Virus record (IMG/VR): IMGVR_UViG_3300031974_002723
Location: 1-62,858 of that record
Reading direction: 5' to 3' (one strand)
DNA length: 62,858 bases
Source: a virus
Taxonomy: Duplodnaviria > Caudoviricetes
The notes beneath the pieces are model-generated. The model was not told the origin of the DNA. It searched no databases and saw only the letters and a list, made by a program, of their open reading frames with translations. Shown one piece after another: positions 1 through 7,373 of the stretch; position 1 is the first letter of the stretch, and each line of letters begins with the position of its first letter. The position numbers and the translations under genes are program-made.

Positions 1-81
1 GTGAGTGTTTAAATGTTTGTACCCCCAAGAGGAATCGAACCTCTATCTGCGGTTTAGGAAACCGATGCTCTATCCGTTGAG
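1..81. repeat. Direct terminal repeat, copy 1 (circular assembly overlap)
   Basis: Bases 1-81 are identical to 62778-62858. Confidence 0.97.
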
Positions 82-91
82 CTATGGGGGT
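20..91 (-). tRNA. tRNA-Arg(CCU)
   Basis: Reverse complement ACCCCCA TAGCTCAACGGATAGAGC A TCGGT TTCCTAA ACCG... GGTTCGATTCC... TGGGGGT A; anticodon CCT; CCA not encoded. Confidence 0.93.
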
Positions 92-172
92 AGGGCGGGA
101 GAGAACCCTAAAAACTCTCCCTTGCATACTTAGATTACAGACACAAAGCGGGTATGCCAGCCGCCCACAAGT

Positions 173-730
173 TTACTCCCACTCGTCCATGGGGTCCGTC
201 CCCTTCTCGGATGCCCATCCGAGTTCTTGGAACAGCATCGCTGCATCAGGCACGTCTTCGCGGTTGCTTTCCGCCTCGTCCTGTGGCTGAGGGGTGCGAC
301 CCTCTGCATCGAGGTAGATGCGCTTGTTCTCTTGGTTGCGACCGAACTCCATGATGCTCGACGGGCATTGCACTTCGTCGTTCTCTGCCATGTCCAAGGC
401 ACGGCTCTTCATGTACTCGACACGGACCAGGTTCAGGTAGATGCACCCACGTCTGTGGTTGAAGGTCATCATGATGCCGTAGGTGGCGGGGTCTTGGTCG
501 TACCGCTCGGCGAGAGCCTGAGCCTCGCGCAGTTCGCCAGCCCAGTACGAGTACGCACCCTCAGGGTCCGTGGGTGAGATGACGGTGGCCTCTGCGTCAT
601 TGGCGTAGTAGTAGAAGCCGTAGGATTGCGGGTTGAGCAGAGCGTCACAGGTGACGATGGACTGCCCGTGGCAGATGGCGCGACCGAGAGACTCGGCGAA
701 GGCGCGGGTGTTGGTGTTATCGTTCAGCAT
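173..730 (-). CDS. Hypothetical early protein with acidic C-terminus
   Basis: 185-aa ORF, ATG after AGAC leader, colinear with the early arm. Confidence 0.75.
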   Translation of the reverse strand: MLNDNTNTRAFAESLGRAICHGQSIVTCDALLNPQSYGFYYYANDAEATVISPTDPEGAYSYWAGELREAQALAERYDQDPATYGIMMTFNHRRGCIYLNLVRVEYMKSRALDMAENDEVQCPSSIMEFGRNQENKRIYLDAEGRTPQPQDEAESNREDVPDAAMLFQELGWASEKGTDPMDEWE

Positions 731-740
731 GTCTATTCAA

Positions 741-1013
741 TTAGAGGTTCTGGGTGATGGTGTCGTAGTTCAGGTGCGGATTCCATTCCTTCATGTCATC
801 CACGATTTCTTGGGCCTTCATCCGAGCGTAGTCACGCTTCTGGGTTTCGGTTCCTGCCCGCTGTGGGGAGGGGATACGGATGAAGCGGGTGAAGGGACCC
901 TCTTCGTCTTCCATGGCTACGGCGTAGGAACCCTCGTCGTTGAGGATAGCGCGAGTGACGCTGTTGATGTAGCCCTCGACGACATCGAGGTAGGTGATGA
1001 GTTTGCGATTCAT
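741..1013 (-). CDS. Hypothetical early protein (MNRKLIT...)
   Basis: Start moved to the ATG at 1013, downstream of the promoter at 1040-1071 and an AC-rich leader. Confidence 0.7.
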   Translation of the reverse strand: MNRKLITYLDVVEGYINSVTRAILNDEGSYAVAMEDEEGPFTRFIRIPSPQRAGTETQKRDYARMKAQEIVDDMKEWNPHLNYDTITQNL

Positions 1014-1039
1014 GTGTTGTGAGGTTTTGAATTCGTGGA

Positions 1040-1071
1040 CAAAGTTACAACGATTGTTTCTTATTTCCAAA
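1040..1071 (-). promoter_or_regulatory. Bacteroidota sigma-A-type early promoter
   Basis: Minus strand TTTG-20 nt-TAACTTTG matches the -33/-7 consensus. Confidence 0.85.
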
Positions 1072-1072
1072 T

Positions 1073-1318
1073 TTATTTTGCCTCCTCTTTAGAGGAGAGT
1101 TCTTGTGCGTTCATGTTTGCTTGTGCGAGGATCCGTTCCATGTCATACACGGAGTAGTCAGCCTCCCTAATGTTCTCAAGCTGGGCGGCTACAGCGTACC
1201 ACATCCGTGCGTGAAGCGGGTCGGATACGTCCTTCCAATTCTGGATGCACATGTCGATGAGTTGCTCGACCATGGCTTTGTGTGTGCGGTTCACGTCCGC
1301 TTCTGTGTACTTGTTCAT
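1073..1318 (-). CDS. Hypothetical early protein (MNKYTEAD...)
   Basis: In-frame ATG at 1318 just after the stop of the upstream ORF. Confidence 0.7.
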   Translation of the reverse strand: MNKYTEADVNRTHKAMVEQLIDMCIQNWKDVSDPLHARMWYAVAAQLENIREADYSVYDMERILAQANMNAQELSSKEEAK

Positions 1319-1323
1319 GTCTT

Positions 1324-2025
1324 TCAGATTTCGGTGGTGATGCTTCCCTCGCGGTTGTACACGAGGCGCTTGCAATTTTGTACAGGGAAGTAGTGGGTGC
1401 AAGAGTCGTCGAGGTCCACCATCGTGTCTTGAGGCCACTCAAGGCTACGCACCACATCTGCAAGGCAGTCGTAGCAGTAGATGAGGCTGTCAGTGTACAC
1501 TCGGTCCCAGCCTCCGTGGTTGGTCACGTCGTACCACTTGGCCTTGATGCGCTCCACCTCAAGGGAGATACCCTCCTCTGCCATGCGGATGGCGGTGGAC
1601 TTGTGTGTGATGGTGCGGACCATGTCGTCCATCTGGTCGTAGACCACGACCCCGTCACCGAGCATCACCCCGTCATACACTTGGATGAAGAGGGTGTGGA
1701 AGCCCCAATCGTCGATGTCTTCGGGGTCGATGGTGTCGCTGAACTTAGGGGTCAGTCTGACCCACGCACCATGCGGGTGCTCCTCGATGTCGTAGCGAAC
1801 GAGGTCTCTCTCTGTACGCTCGGTCATGTTTTCGATTCGCTCGGTGTAGTACTCCAAGCGGTCGTGTGCCCACTGGTCGATGTACTCCTCGACCATGGCC
1901 TTGGCGAGTTCAGGGGCGGCTACGTCCTCGACACGGCGGCAGGTGGTTTCGGAGTAGCCCTCGTTCATGCCACCGATGGAGTCGATGACGAAGTAGTGGG
2001 GTGCGGTACGCAGGTTAGTGTTCAT
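1324..2025 (-). CDS. Hypothetical acidic early protein
   Basis: 233-aa ORF directly after the promoter at 2066-2097 and an AC-rich leader. Confidence 0.8.
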   Translation of the reverse strand: MNTNLRTAPHYFVIDSIGGMNEGYSETTCRRVEDVAAPELAKAMVEEYIDQWAHDRLEYYTERIENMTERTERDLVRYDIEEHPHGAWVRLTPKFSDTIDPEDIDDWGFHTLFIQVYDGVMLGDGVVVYDQMDDMVRTITHKSTAIRMAEEGISLEVERIKAKWYDVTNHGGWDRVYTDSLIYCYDCLADVVRSLEWPQDTMVDLDDSCTHYFPVQNCKRLVYNREGSITTEI

Positions 2026-2065
2026 GGGTGTGAGTTTTGAATGTTGTTGGCTGAATTGCCGTGGA

Positions 2066-2097
2066 CAAAGTTAAGGCAAATGTTCCTATCTACCAAA
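2066..2097 (-). promoter_or_regulatory. Bacteroidota sigma-A-type early promoter
   Basis: TTTG-20 nt-TAACTTTG, followed by TCCAC as in the 1040 promoter. Confidence 0.85.
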
Positions 2098-2120
2098 TTT
2101 ATTTTCTAAGTGGCTGACTT

Positions 2121-2396
2121 TCAGCACTCTTTGCTTCGGGTGAGCAGGTCGTTGAACCTGTCGTCCTCGCCGTCCGTGCGCTCAAGCGCCCAGTCAAGGA
2201 CAGCATCGAACCCGTGGATGGTTTGGTTCGGGCGGCGGTGACGCTCAAGGTCAGACTCACGCACCCACCGCTCTACACGGATGGGACGGCCAAGGTCCAT
2301 GGCGTGGTCGAGGTGGTCCGCGAGGTCATCGAGGATGTTGCTATCGTTGCGCTGATAGATGTCGCCGTTGGCGGCGTGGATGAGGTAGGTACACAT
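2121..2396 (-). CDS. Hypothetical early protein
   Basis: 91-aa ORF coupled to the upstream ORF by TGATG. Confidence 0.7.
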   Translation of the reverse strand: MCTYLIHAANGDIYQRNDSNILDDLADHLDHAMDLGRPIRVERWVRESDLERHRRPNQTIHGFDAVLDWALERTDGEDDRFNDLLTRSKEC

Positions 2397-2548
2397 CAGT
2401 CCGTGTATTTGAGGGTGGTTGCGATTGCATCGCCCAGCACCTTGCCGAGCGGGTTGATTTCTGAGCCTTCAGAGGCAGGTACGGCGAGGAAGAACATCTC
2501 CGCCAGCATCAGTGCCTGTTGCACCTTTTGGATTTCGTCTTGTGTCAT
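2396..2548 (-). CDS. Small hypothetical protein (50 aa, MTQDEIQKV...)
   Basis: Translated by hand; AC-rich leader; stop overlaps the next ATG. Confidence 0.65.
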   Translation of the reverse strand: MTQDEIQKVQQALMLAEMFFLAVPASEGSEINPLGKVLGDAIATTLKYTD

Positions 2549-2563
2549 GTGTTTGTGTGTGTT

Positions 2564-2647
2564 TCAGTCGGCGATGAGAACGAATACGAGGAGGCCCATC
2601 ATAATGAGCGGCCCGCAAAAGGCCTGAAGGAATCCGATTTCTTCCAT
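2564..2647 (-). CDS. 27-aa membrane peptide (MEEIGFLQAFCGPLIMMGLLVFVLIAD)
   Basis: ACAGACATG leader, one hydrophobic helix, fills the gap between genes. Confidence 0.5.
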   Translation of the reverse strand: MEEIGFLQAFCGPLIMMGLLVFVLIAD

Positions 2648-2654
2648 GTCTGTG

Positions 2655-2936
2655 TCAGTCGAAGCTGTATCCGCACTCAGGGCAGAAGGGGTGAACGTCA
2701 GTGTATTCAGGACTTGCATCGCAGTCAGGGCAATCGACCTCGTACACGCACACAAGATCCGTGAACTTTGTGGGGCCGCGCTTGTCTGACTCGTCCGTGG
2801 GGAGGAACTCGTCGAGGGTCTGCATGACCGAATCAACGGCGGTGTGCAGGGAGTCATCGGCCTTGTATCCGAGGCGGCGGAGGATGCGGACAGCGAGGTC
2901 ACGCTTGAAGTCTTCGTAGTTCTGTGTGTTCTTCAT
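2655..2936 (-). CDS. Zinc-ribbon protein
   Basis: C-terminal CPDC...CPECG. Confidence 0.75.
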   Translation of the reverse strand: MKNTQNYEDFKRDLAVRILRRLGYKADDSLHTAVDSVMQTLDEFLPTDESDKRGPTKFTDLVCVYEVDCPDCDASPEYTDVHPFCPECGYSFD

Positions 2937-2947
2937 GTCTGTCTGTA

Positions 2948-3448
2948 TTAGAGGGTGATTTCCTTGCTGTTTTCAATGCTGTAGATGGCCTTCTCTCCGC
3001 GCTCCCTACCGAGTGCCTTTGCCACGGAGATGTCCTCCACGAGGGTGGTCACGTCGAAGACGATGTCCTCGCCATCCACCCAAGTGCCGACACACAGGGG
3101 GTGCTGTGGCATCCATCCGTGTTCGTAGGCGGCGGCCCAAGTCTTCTCGAAAGCCCGCTTGAACTCCCTGAACAGGACTTGTGGGTGCTTAGAGTCGAGG
3201 TAGCCCTCGGCGATGTCTTCCCGAAGCTCCACCATGGACAGGCGGACTTCAGGCACACAGCCACCGACTGCGTGACCCCAACAGGGGCGCCAAGGGTCGG
3301 TCGGGAGGTCATTGTAGTTCAGGGTTCCAGCCATGTAGGTGTACACCATGTGGCCTGGTGTGAGCAGGATGGTGTCTCCGCCGTCAGCGAGGGTGCGGCC
3401 ATAGGACTCAGCGATGAGGCTGAAGTGGGGGTATTCGAAAGTCTTCAT
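2948..3448 (-). CDS. Putative SAM lyase-like (T3 SAMase/Svi3-3-like) early protein
   Basis: GTWVD..IVFDVT..VAKALGRERGEKAIY pattern; aligns by eye with a domain inside the 3222-aa protein; family assignment from recall. Confidence 0.5.
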   Translation of the reverse strand: MKTFEYPHFSLIAESYGRTLADGGDTILLTPGHMVYTYMAGTLNYNDLPTDPWRPCWGHAVGGCVPEVRLSMVELREDIAEGYLDSKHPQVLFREFKRAFEKTWAAAYEHGWMPQHPLCVGTWVDGEDIVFDVTTLVEDISVAKALGRERGEKAIYSIENSKEITL

Positions 3449-3497
3449 GTGTGTGAGTGTTTTGAATGTTCGACTGAGGTGGTGTCGAATCGGACCG

Positions 3498-3530
3498 CTA
3501 AGTTAAGCACATCGACTCCACATTTCCAAA
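3498..3530 (-). promoter_or_regulatory. Bacteroidota-type early promoter
   Basis: TTTG-21 nt-TAACTTAG. Confidence 0.7.
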
Positions 3531-3539
3531 TCTAATTTC

Positions 3540-3722
3540 TTACCCTTTAGGGTAGATTGCTTCGAAGGCCTCTTGTTGGCGGGCCATCTGTTCCACTTCC
3601 GTGTCTGTGTACACCACGCAGTCGCCACACGGGAGGCGGAACACGGACGAGCCGAGGGAGGTGAACAGGGGTTCTGCGCTGAGGTAGGCCGCCGCCTTCA
3701 GGATGTCAATCATCATGTGCAA
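3540..3722 (-). CDS. Small hypothetical protein
   Basis: ORF of up to 60 aa in the early arm; start uncertain. Confidence 0.55.
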   Translation of the reverse strand: MHMMIDILKAAAYLSAEPLFTSLGSSVFRLPCGDCVVYTDTEVEQMARQQEAFEAIYPKG

Positions 3723-3743
3723 TCGATCTTGTGTGTGTGTGTG

Positions 3744-4070
3744 TCAGTCGCGAGGCTTCGTCCACCATGTGGTGTCCATGCCTGTCCAAGGGAAGTAGGT
3801 CCCAAGTTGGAGGATGGGGGTTGACGCGGCTGTGTCTGTGAGCCACTTCCAATCCTGCATCCACTGCTCCCGAAGGGAGTCTTCCGTGTCTGTGTCTGCG
3901 GGTGAGGCCTTGTAGACCTTGTAGCGACCCCATCCGTCTGCGTAGACGTTCCATCCCCTGTGCATGACAAGGTGGATGATGGCCTGTTCGAGATTCCACG
4001 AAGTGGTGGGGACGATGAGCCAAGCGGTGGCTTCCTGTTGGGTGGTGAGTGTGTCTGTCATGTCTGTCAT
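3744..4070 (-). CDS. Trp-rich hypothetical protein
   Basis: 108-aa ORF after an ACACAAACAC leader. Confidence 0.7.
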   Translation of the reverse strand: MTDMTDTLTTQQEATAWLIVPTTSWNLEQAIIHLVMHRGWNVYADGWGRYKVYKASPADTDTEDSLREQWMQDWKWLTDTAASTPILQLGTYFPWTGMDTTWWTKPRD

Positions 4071-4085
4071 GTGTTTGTGTGTTTG

Positions 4086-4127
4086 AGCGCAGGGTGGAAT
4101 CGAACCACCCCAAGCACCATGTGCGCT
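4086..4127 (-). ncRNA. Armless tRNA-like element (acceptor stem plus T-arm)
   Basis: AGCGCA-CATGGTGCTTG-GGGTGG TTCGATT CCACCC-TGCGCT then CAA; intergenic. Confidence 0.45.
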
Positions 4128-4137
4128 TGTCTGTGTG

Positions 4138-4452
4138 TCACGCCTTGACGTGGCGGTTGAATGCAGGGTCCATCGTACTGGACAGTGTGTGTGGATACAC
4201 CTCCACGGCGTAGCTAAGCATGGCGTTCAAGACCTTCCGCATTTCCCACAGCTCTGCCTGTGTGTTCCATCGGGCGCCAATCGTCCTGTCTGTGAGGCGT
4301 TGCTTCCGTTCGAGTTGCTCCACCTTGTCTGCGGCAAGCCTAATGCAGGCACCGCACAGGAAGGGGTCTTCGTGAAAGATGCCGTAGAGGTAGTCAGCGG
4401 CCTTGGACGTGAACTCCATAGGAGTCGGGGAGGGGAGAGAAAAATTCATCAT
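4138..4452 (-). CDS. Hypothetical early protein (MMNFSLP...)
   Basis: ATG after a GAAACACACAGACAC leader. Confidence 0.7.
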   Translation of the reverse strand: MMNFSLPSPTPMEFTSKAADYLYGIFHEDPFLCGACIRLAADKVEQLERKQRLTDRTIGARWNTQAELWEMRKVLNAMLSYAVEVYPHTLSSTMDPAFNRHVKA

Positions 4453-4465
4453 GTGTCTGTGTGTT

Positions 4466-4612
4466 TCAGTGTGTGTTTGCGAGTTCCTTGTAGTACTCGA
4501 TGTTTTCTTTTGCAATCTGCTTTGCAGCCTCTGTGCGTGAGTGTTGCAGGAGTTGCTCGTGGAGGCGAATCTGCTTGTGGCAGTAGTCCCGAAGGGAGAG
4601 CTTAGCTTTCAT
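4466..4612 (-). CDS. Small hypothetical protein (MKAKLSL..., 48 aa)
   Basis: Same GAAACACACAGACAC leader as the neighbouring gene. Confidence 0.65.
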   Translation of the reverse strand: MKAKLSLRDYCHKQIRLHEQLLQHSRTEAAKQIAKENIEYYKELANTH

Positions 4613-4637
4613 GTGTCTGTGTGTTTCTGTGTGTGAA

Positions 4638-5261
4638 TCAGAGGCAATCGTCGAGGCTGATTTCGTCAGCGGCAACGCCGTATCCGTCCTGCAGAGCGGC
4701 CCACCGAACAGCGTCCTCAAGCTCCAACCCCGCAGGAACTTCGGAGAAGTCGCACCAGGTCTTGCGGATGACGTGAGCCTTGGCAGGGTTCTTGACCTCG
4801 ACCTCGACCTCCTTGCGGCGGTTGGTGGCCTCATCCCAAACCACGTCAACCTTGGGGGCGGTTTTCGCGGCTCGCTTCTGTGTGTTGGCCATGGACTGCT
4901 TCTGAGCCTGAGCCTCCAACTTGCCGTTGCTGTCCTTCGGACCTTTGCGGGCCTTACGCTTGAGGGACTTGGCGGCGACGGACTCCGTCTTGACCTCCAT
5001 CGGCTTTGCCGCCATGCGGATGACAGGCTTGGTGTGTGTCTGTGACACGGAGTCGTAGACAGCTTGGATGGCGGCGGCCTTCAGCTTGTCGGCCTTCTTT
5101 GCCACCTTGGTGGCCTTGCGAGGCTTCTTAGCCTCCCACACAGACAAGGCCTTGCGGTCGGCCTTCTCAGCGGCCCAAAGAGCCTTGTTAGCGGCCTTAC
5201 GGCCTTCGAGGGTGAGCGTCAGCTTCTGAGAAGCGGTGAGGGTGTAGGTCATGTTTGCCAT
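4638..5261 (-). CDS. Lys/Ala-rich basic protein with acidic tail, first gene of the early arm
   Basis: KAANKA/KKPRKATKVAKKA composition; ATG at 5261 follows the promoter at 5303-5336. Confidence 0.75.
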   Translation of the reverse strand: MANMTYTLTASQKLTLTLEGRKAANKALWAAEKADRKALSVWEAKKPRKATKVAKKADKLKAAAIQAVYDSVSQTHTKPVIRMAAKPMEVKTESVAAKSLKRKARKGPKDSNGKLEAQAQKQSMANTQKRAAKTAPKVDVVWDEATNRRKEVEVEVKNPAKAHVIRKTWCDFSEVPAGLELEDAVRWAALQDGYGVAADEISLDDCL

Positions 5262-5302
5262 GAGGTGAGTGTTTGAAGCCTCAGCGACGTTGCCGAGGAC
5301 CA

Positions 5303-5336
5303 CAAAGGTAGTGGATAGCTTGGGATAAATCGCAAA
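5303..5336 (-). promoter_or_regulatory. Early promoter
   Basis: TTTG-22 nt-TACCTTTG. Confidence 0.65.
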
Positions 5337-6036
5337 TTTGAAGGGGGAGAATCTTCCTGCGCGATTTCTGCGCCCGCATTATGCGCATGGAAACAGGCGC
5401 TGAAGATTGGCGTGATGCACGCATGATGCAGACACACACACAGGAGGCCTTGGTTCTGCCGTTTGGTGGATGGGATGAACGTGAATCGACGAAGCCCTAG
5501 CGAAGCGAAGCTTGGTGCGCAAAACCATGTGTGATTCGGCGTGTATAATGCAAGCGGAATGGAGTACGGTTTCGTGTGTGGAGGATTGGGGGTGGGATTG
5601 TCTCCCCTGTCGCTACTGCTATCGGCTACAGATTCGCTTCAATCAGTACTCCATCTGAACAGCTACAACGCATTGGCTACCAGCAAGATAGCAAAACGCT
5701 GAATGTTTTGGCGACGGTGCGCATTATGCGTAGGGTCGGGGTGCGGGAATGCGTTTGGGTGTGTGCGCGCGAGCGTCACGTAGTACGTATAATCCCCCAG
5801 ATCTGTATTACTCCACTCATTTTTAAGCGGGTAATCTGTTCTAACACAACAAATTAGCTTGGATGCGTTAGAATCTTACTCAAAGACTTGCATATGTCAA
5901 AAATCCGCTGTAACTTCGCCTAGCAGCTCAGCGCTATGATGGACAGTCGAGTTGCGATAAGCTTCTGAGAAGGTTTTTTGGAGTTGGAGAGGGAGTCAGA
6001 AGCTGTTTTGCTGTGCAGGCGCAAGGACTATCTTGT
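5337..6036. other. Non-coding strand-switch region, candidate origin or packaging site
   Basis: About 700 nt with no credible ORF between the divergent arms; CGCATTATGCG at 5375 and 5720. Confidence 0.5.
5887..5918 (+). promoter_or_regulatory. Putative rightward promoter
   Basis: CTTG-20 nt-TAACTTCG. Confidence 0.5.
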
Positions 6037-6044
6037 TATATTTG
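6037..6044 (+). promoter_or_regulatory. -7 element TATATTTG, 4 nt before ATG
   Basis: Same N4 spacing at 7239, 9208, 30256 and 36147. Confidence 0.7.
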
Positions 6045-6048
6045 CGCT

Positions 6049-6648
6049 ATGAGACCCAAGAAAAGGACTGGCAGGCGGCTTCGTCGCGAAGCGTTGGAGA
6101 TGTTTCCAGCTCTGAAGGCTTTGGGGAGGGTTACGGTAAAGGCTGATCCTGGATTTACGAGGGAGGCTACTGGAATAGGTGACATAGAGTACTTCGGTCC
6201 TGGTCAGAGGGTGGTCCGCTACCCCAGTGGGGCGGAGTTCAAGCACCCAGGTCCAGATAGGAGGCATGCTGTTCTCTTCAACCCAGAGACAAACAATGCT
6301 CAAGCTGTTGCTTTGGATATGCTTCACGGGATGTCAGAGGCTGACCCTAAGTTCAGGGGTATGCTGCAGGAGTTTGGGGAGGCCCTTGGAGAAGATGACG
6401 TGAGGTATTGGTATGAACAGGATCTGAAAGAGGGGTATGCTGGTGATGGGTATGAGCAGTACCGCCAGAACTACATTGACGGGAAGCTTCGTAATCTATT
6501 GTTTGAGGGGAGTGAAGAGGACTTCGCAAGATCACGCTATAACCCAAGAGAAAGACAGGATATGCGAGAGTACAACCCCAGGGCATACCAGGCTTTCGAG
6601 GATATACAGAGATATTTGAAAAGCAATGCTGATCAAGAAAGGAGATAA
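6049..6648 (+). CDS. Hypothetical protein (MRPKKR...)
   Basis: ATG directly after the -7 element; 199 aa. Confidence 0.75.
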   Translation: MRPKKRTGRRLRREALEMFPALKALGRVTVKADPGFTREATGIGDIEYFGPGQRVVRYPSGAEFKHPGPDRRHAVLFNPETNNAQAVALDMLHGMSEADPKFRGMLQEFGEALGEDDVRYWYEQDLKEGYAGDGYEQYRQNYIDGKLRNLLFEGSEEDFARSRYNPRERQDMREYNPRAYQAFEDIQRYLKSNADQERR

Positions 6649-6754
6649 GTGGATTGTGTACGACTCTAAAGGGCAGAAGCGCTTGGGGGAGCACAGCAGC
6701 AGGAAGAAGGCGCTGGCACAGCTTCGTGCTATAGAAATCAATAAGAAGAAATAA
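6626..6754 (+). CDS. Small basic protein (MLIKKGDKW...QLRAIEINKKK)
   Basis: 42-aa ORF translated by hand, bridging two genes; resembles a common small phage protein. Confidence 0.65.
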   Translation: MLIKKGDKWIVYDSKGQKRLGEHSSRKKALAQLRAIEINKKK

Positions 6755-6755
6755 G

Positions 6756-7238
6756 ATGAGACCGATAAAGAACGGTGGGGACCCGATAGACCCAAAGCGC
6801 CTGAAGAAAGGGTTGGGGTATGTAGAGAGCAGGAACAACCCTGCCGCTATGAACCCGAATAGCTCAGCTACGGGAATGTACCAGATGCTGTACAGCTTGA
6901 TTAAGAACGAGCCAGAGATGAGTGGGGTAAGCAGGGACAGCCTTTCTAGAGCACCGCACCTCCAGGAGATCCTGATGGACAGGAGAATTACAGAAGGTAT
7001 TGGGGGCCCTAGCCTTGAAAGGAATGCTGTTGATCTTGAGAGAGAGTATAAAGAACAGCTTGGAGACAAGTGGGTGTTTAGGCCTGATGAAGTGGCTGCC
7101 CTTACGCACTTCTTGGGGAGGCAGGGAACCAGAGAATACTTTGCTTCTATCAGGGACAATACAGAGTTCAAGGTTCCAGGGGTAAATAAGACTCCAGAAG
7201 ACTATTTGAGGGACTATAACAGAGGTTTGAATAATTAA
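6756..7238 (+). CDS. Lytic transglycosylase / lysozyme-like protein
   Basis: ES..N...SSATGMYQ motifs of the SLT fold. Confidence 0.75.
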   Translation: MRPIKNGGDPIDPKRLKKGLGYVESRNNPAAMNPNSSATGMYQMLYSLIKNEPEMSGVSRDSLSRAPHLQEILMDRRITEGIGGPSLERNAVDLEREYKEQLGDKWVFRPDEVAALTHFLGRQGTREYFASIRDNTEFKVPGVNKTPEDYLRDYNRGLNN

Positions 7239-7250
7239 TATATTTGCGTC

Positions 7251-7373
7251 ATGGTGAAAGCAAAGAAGTCCTACAAGCGCGGTGGTAAAGTCGTTGCTCA
7301 GGGAGCAGATAAAAAAGACGTCCGTCGCGAGAAGAAGATGGACAGAATGATGCTTAAAAAGAAAAAGGCATGA
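7251..7373 (+). CDS. Small basic protein (MVKAKKSYKRGGKV...)
   Basis: 40-aa ORF after TATATTTG-N4; ATGA overlap with the next gene. Confidence 0.65.
   Translation: MVKAKKSYKRGGKVVAQGADKKDVRREKKMDRMMLKKKKA

Noticed and set aside
1-81. Terminal repeat as attL/attR of a prophage integrated in a tRNA
   Set aside because: No integrase or host genes; an exact end overlap is better explained by circular assembly.
92-172. Hairpins beside tRNA-Arg(CCU) as a tRNA-associated ribozyme
   Set aside because: They lie on the 5' side of the tRNA and I could not build an HDV-like pseudoknot.
2546-4640. TG/CA-rich repeats as a CRISPR array
   Set aside because: Variable sequence, separated by genes rather than fixed-length spacers, and no cas genes.
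84-5276. Plus-strand ORFs across the early arm (e.g. 1282-2040, 2924-3535)
   Set aside because: Antisense shadows; promoters and leaders all point to the minus strand.
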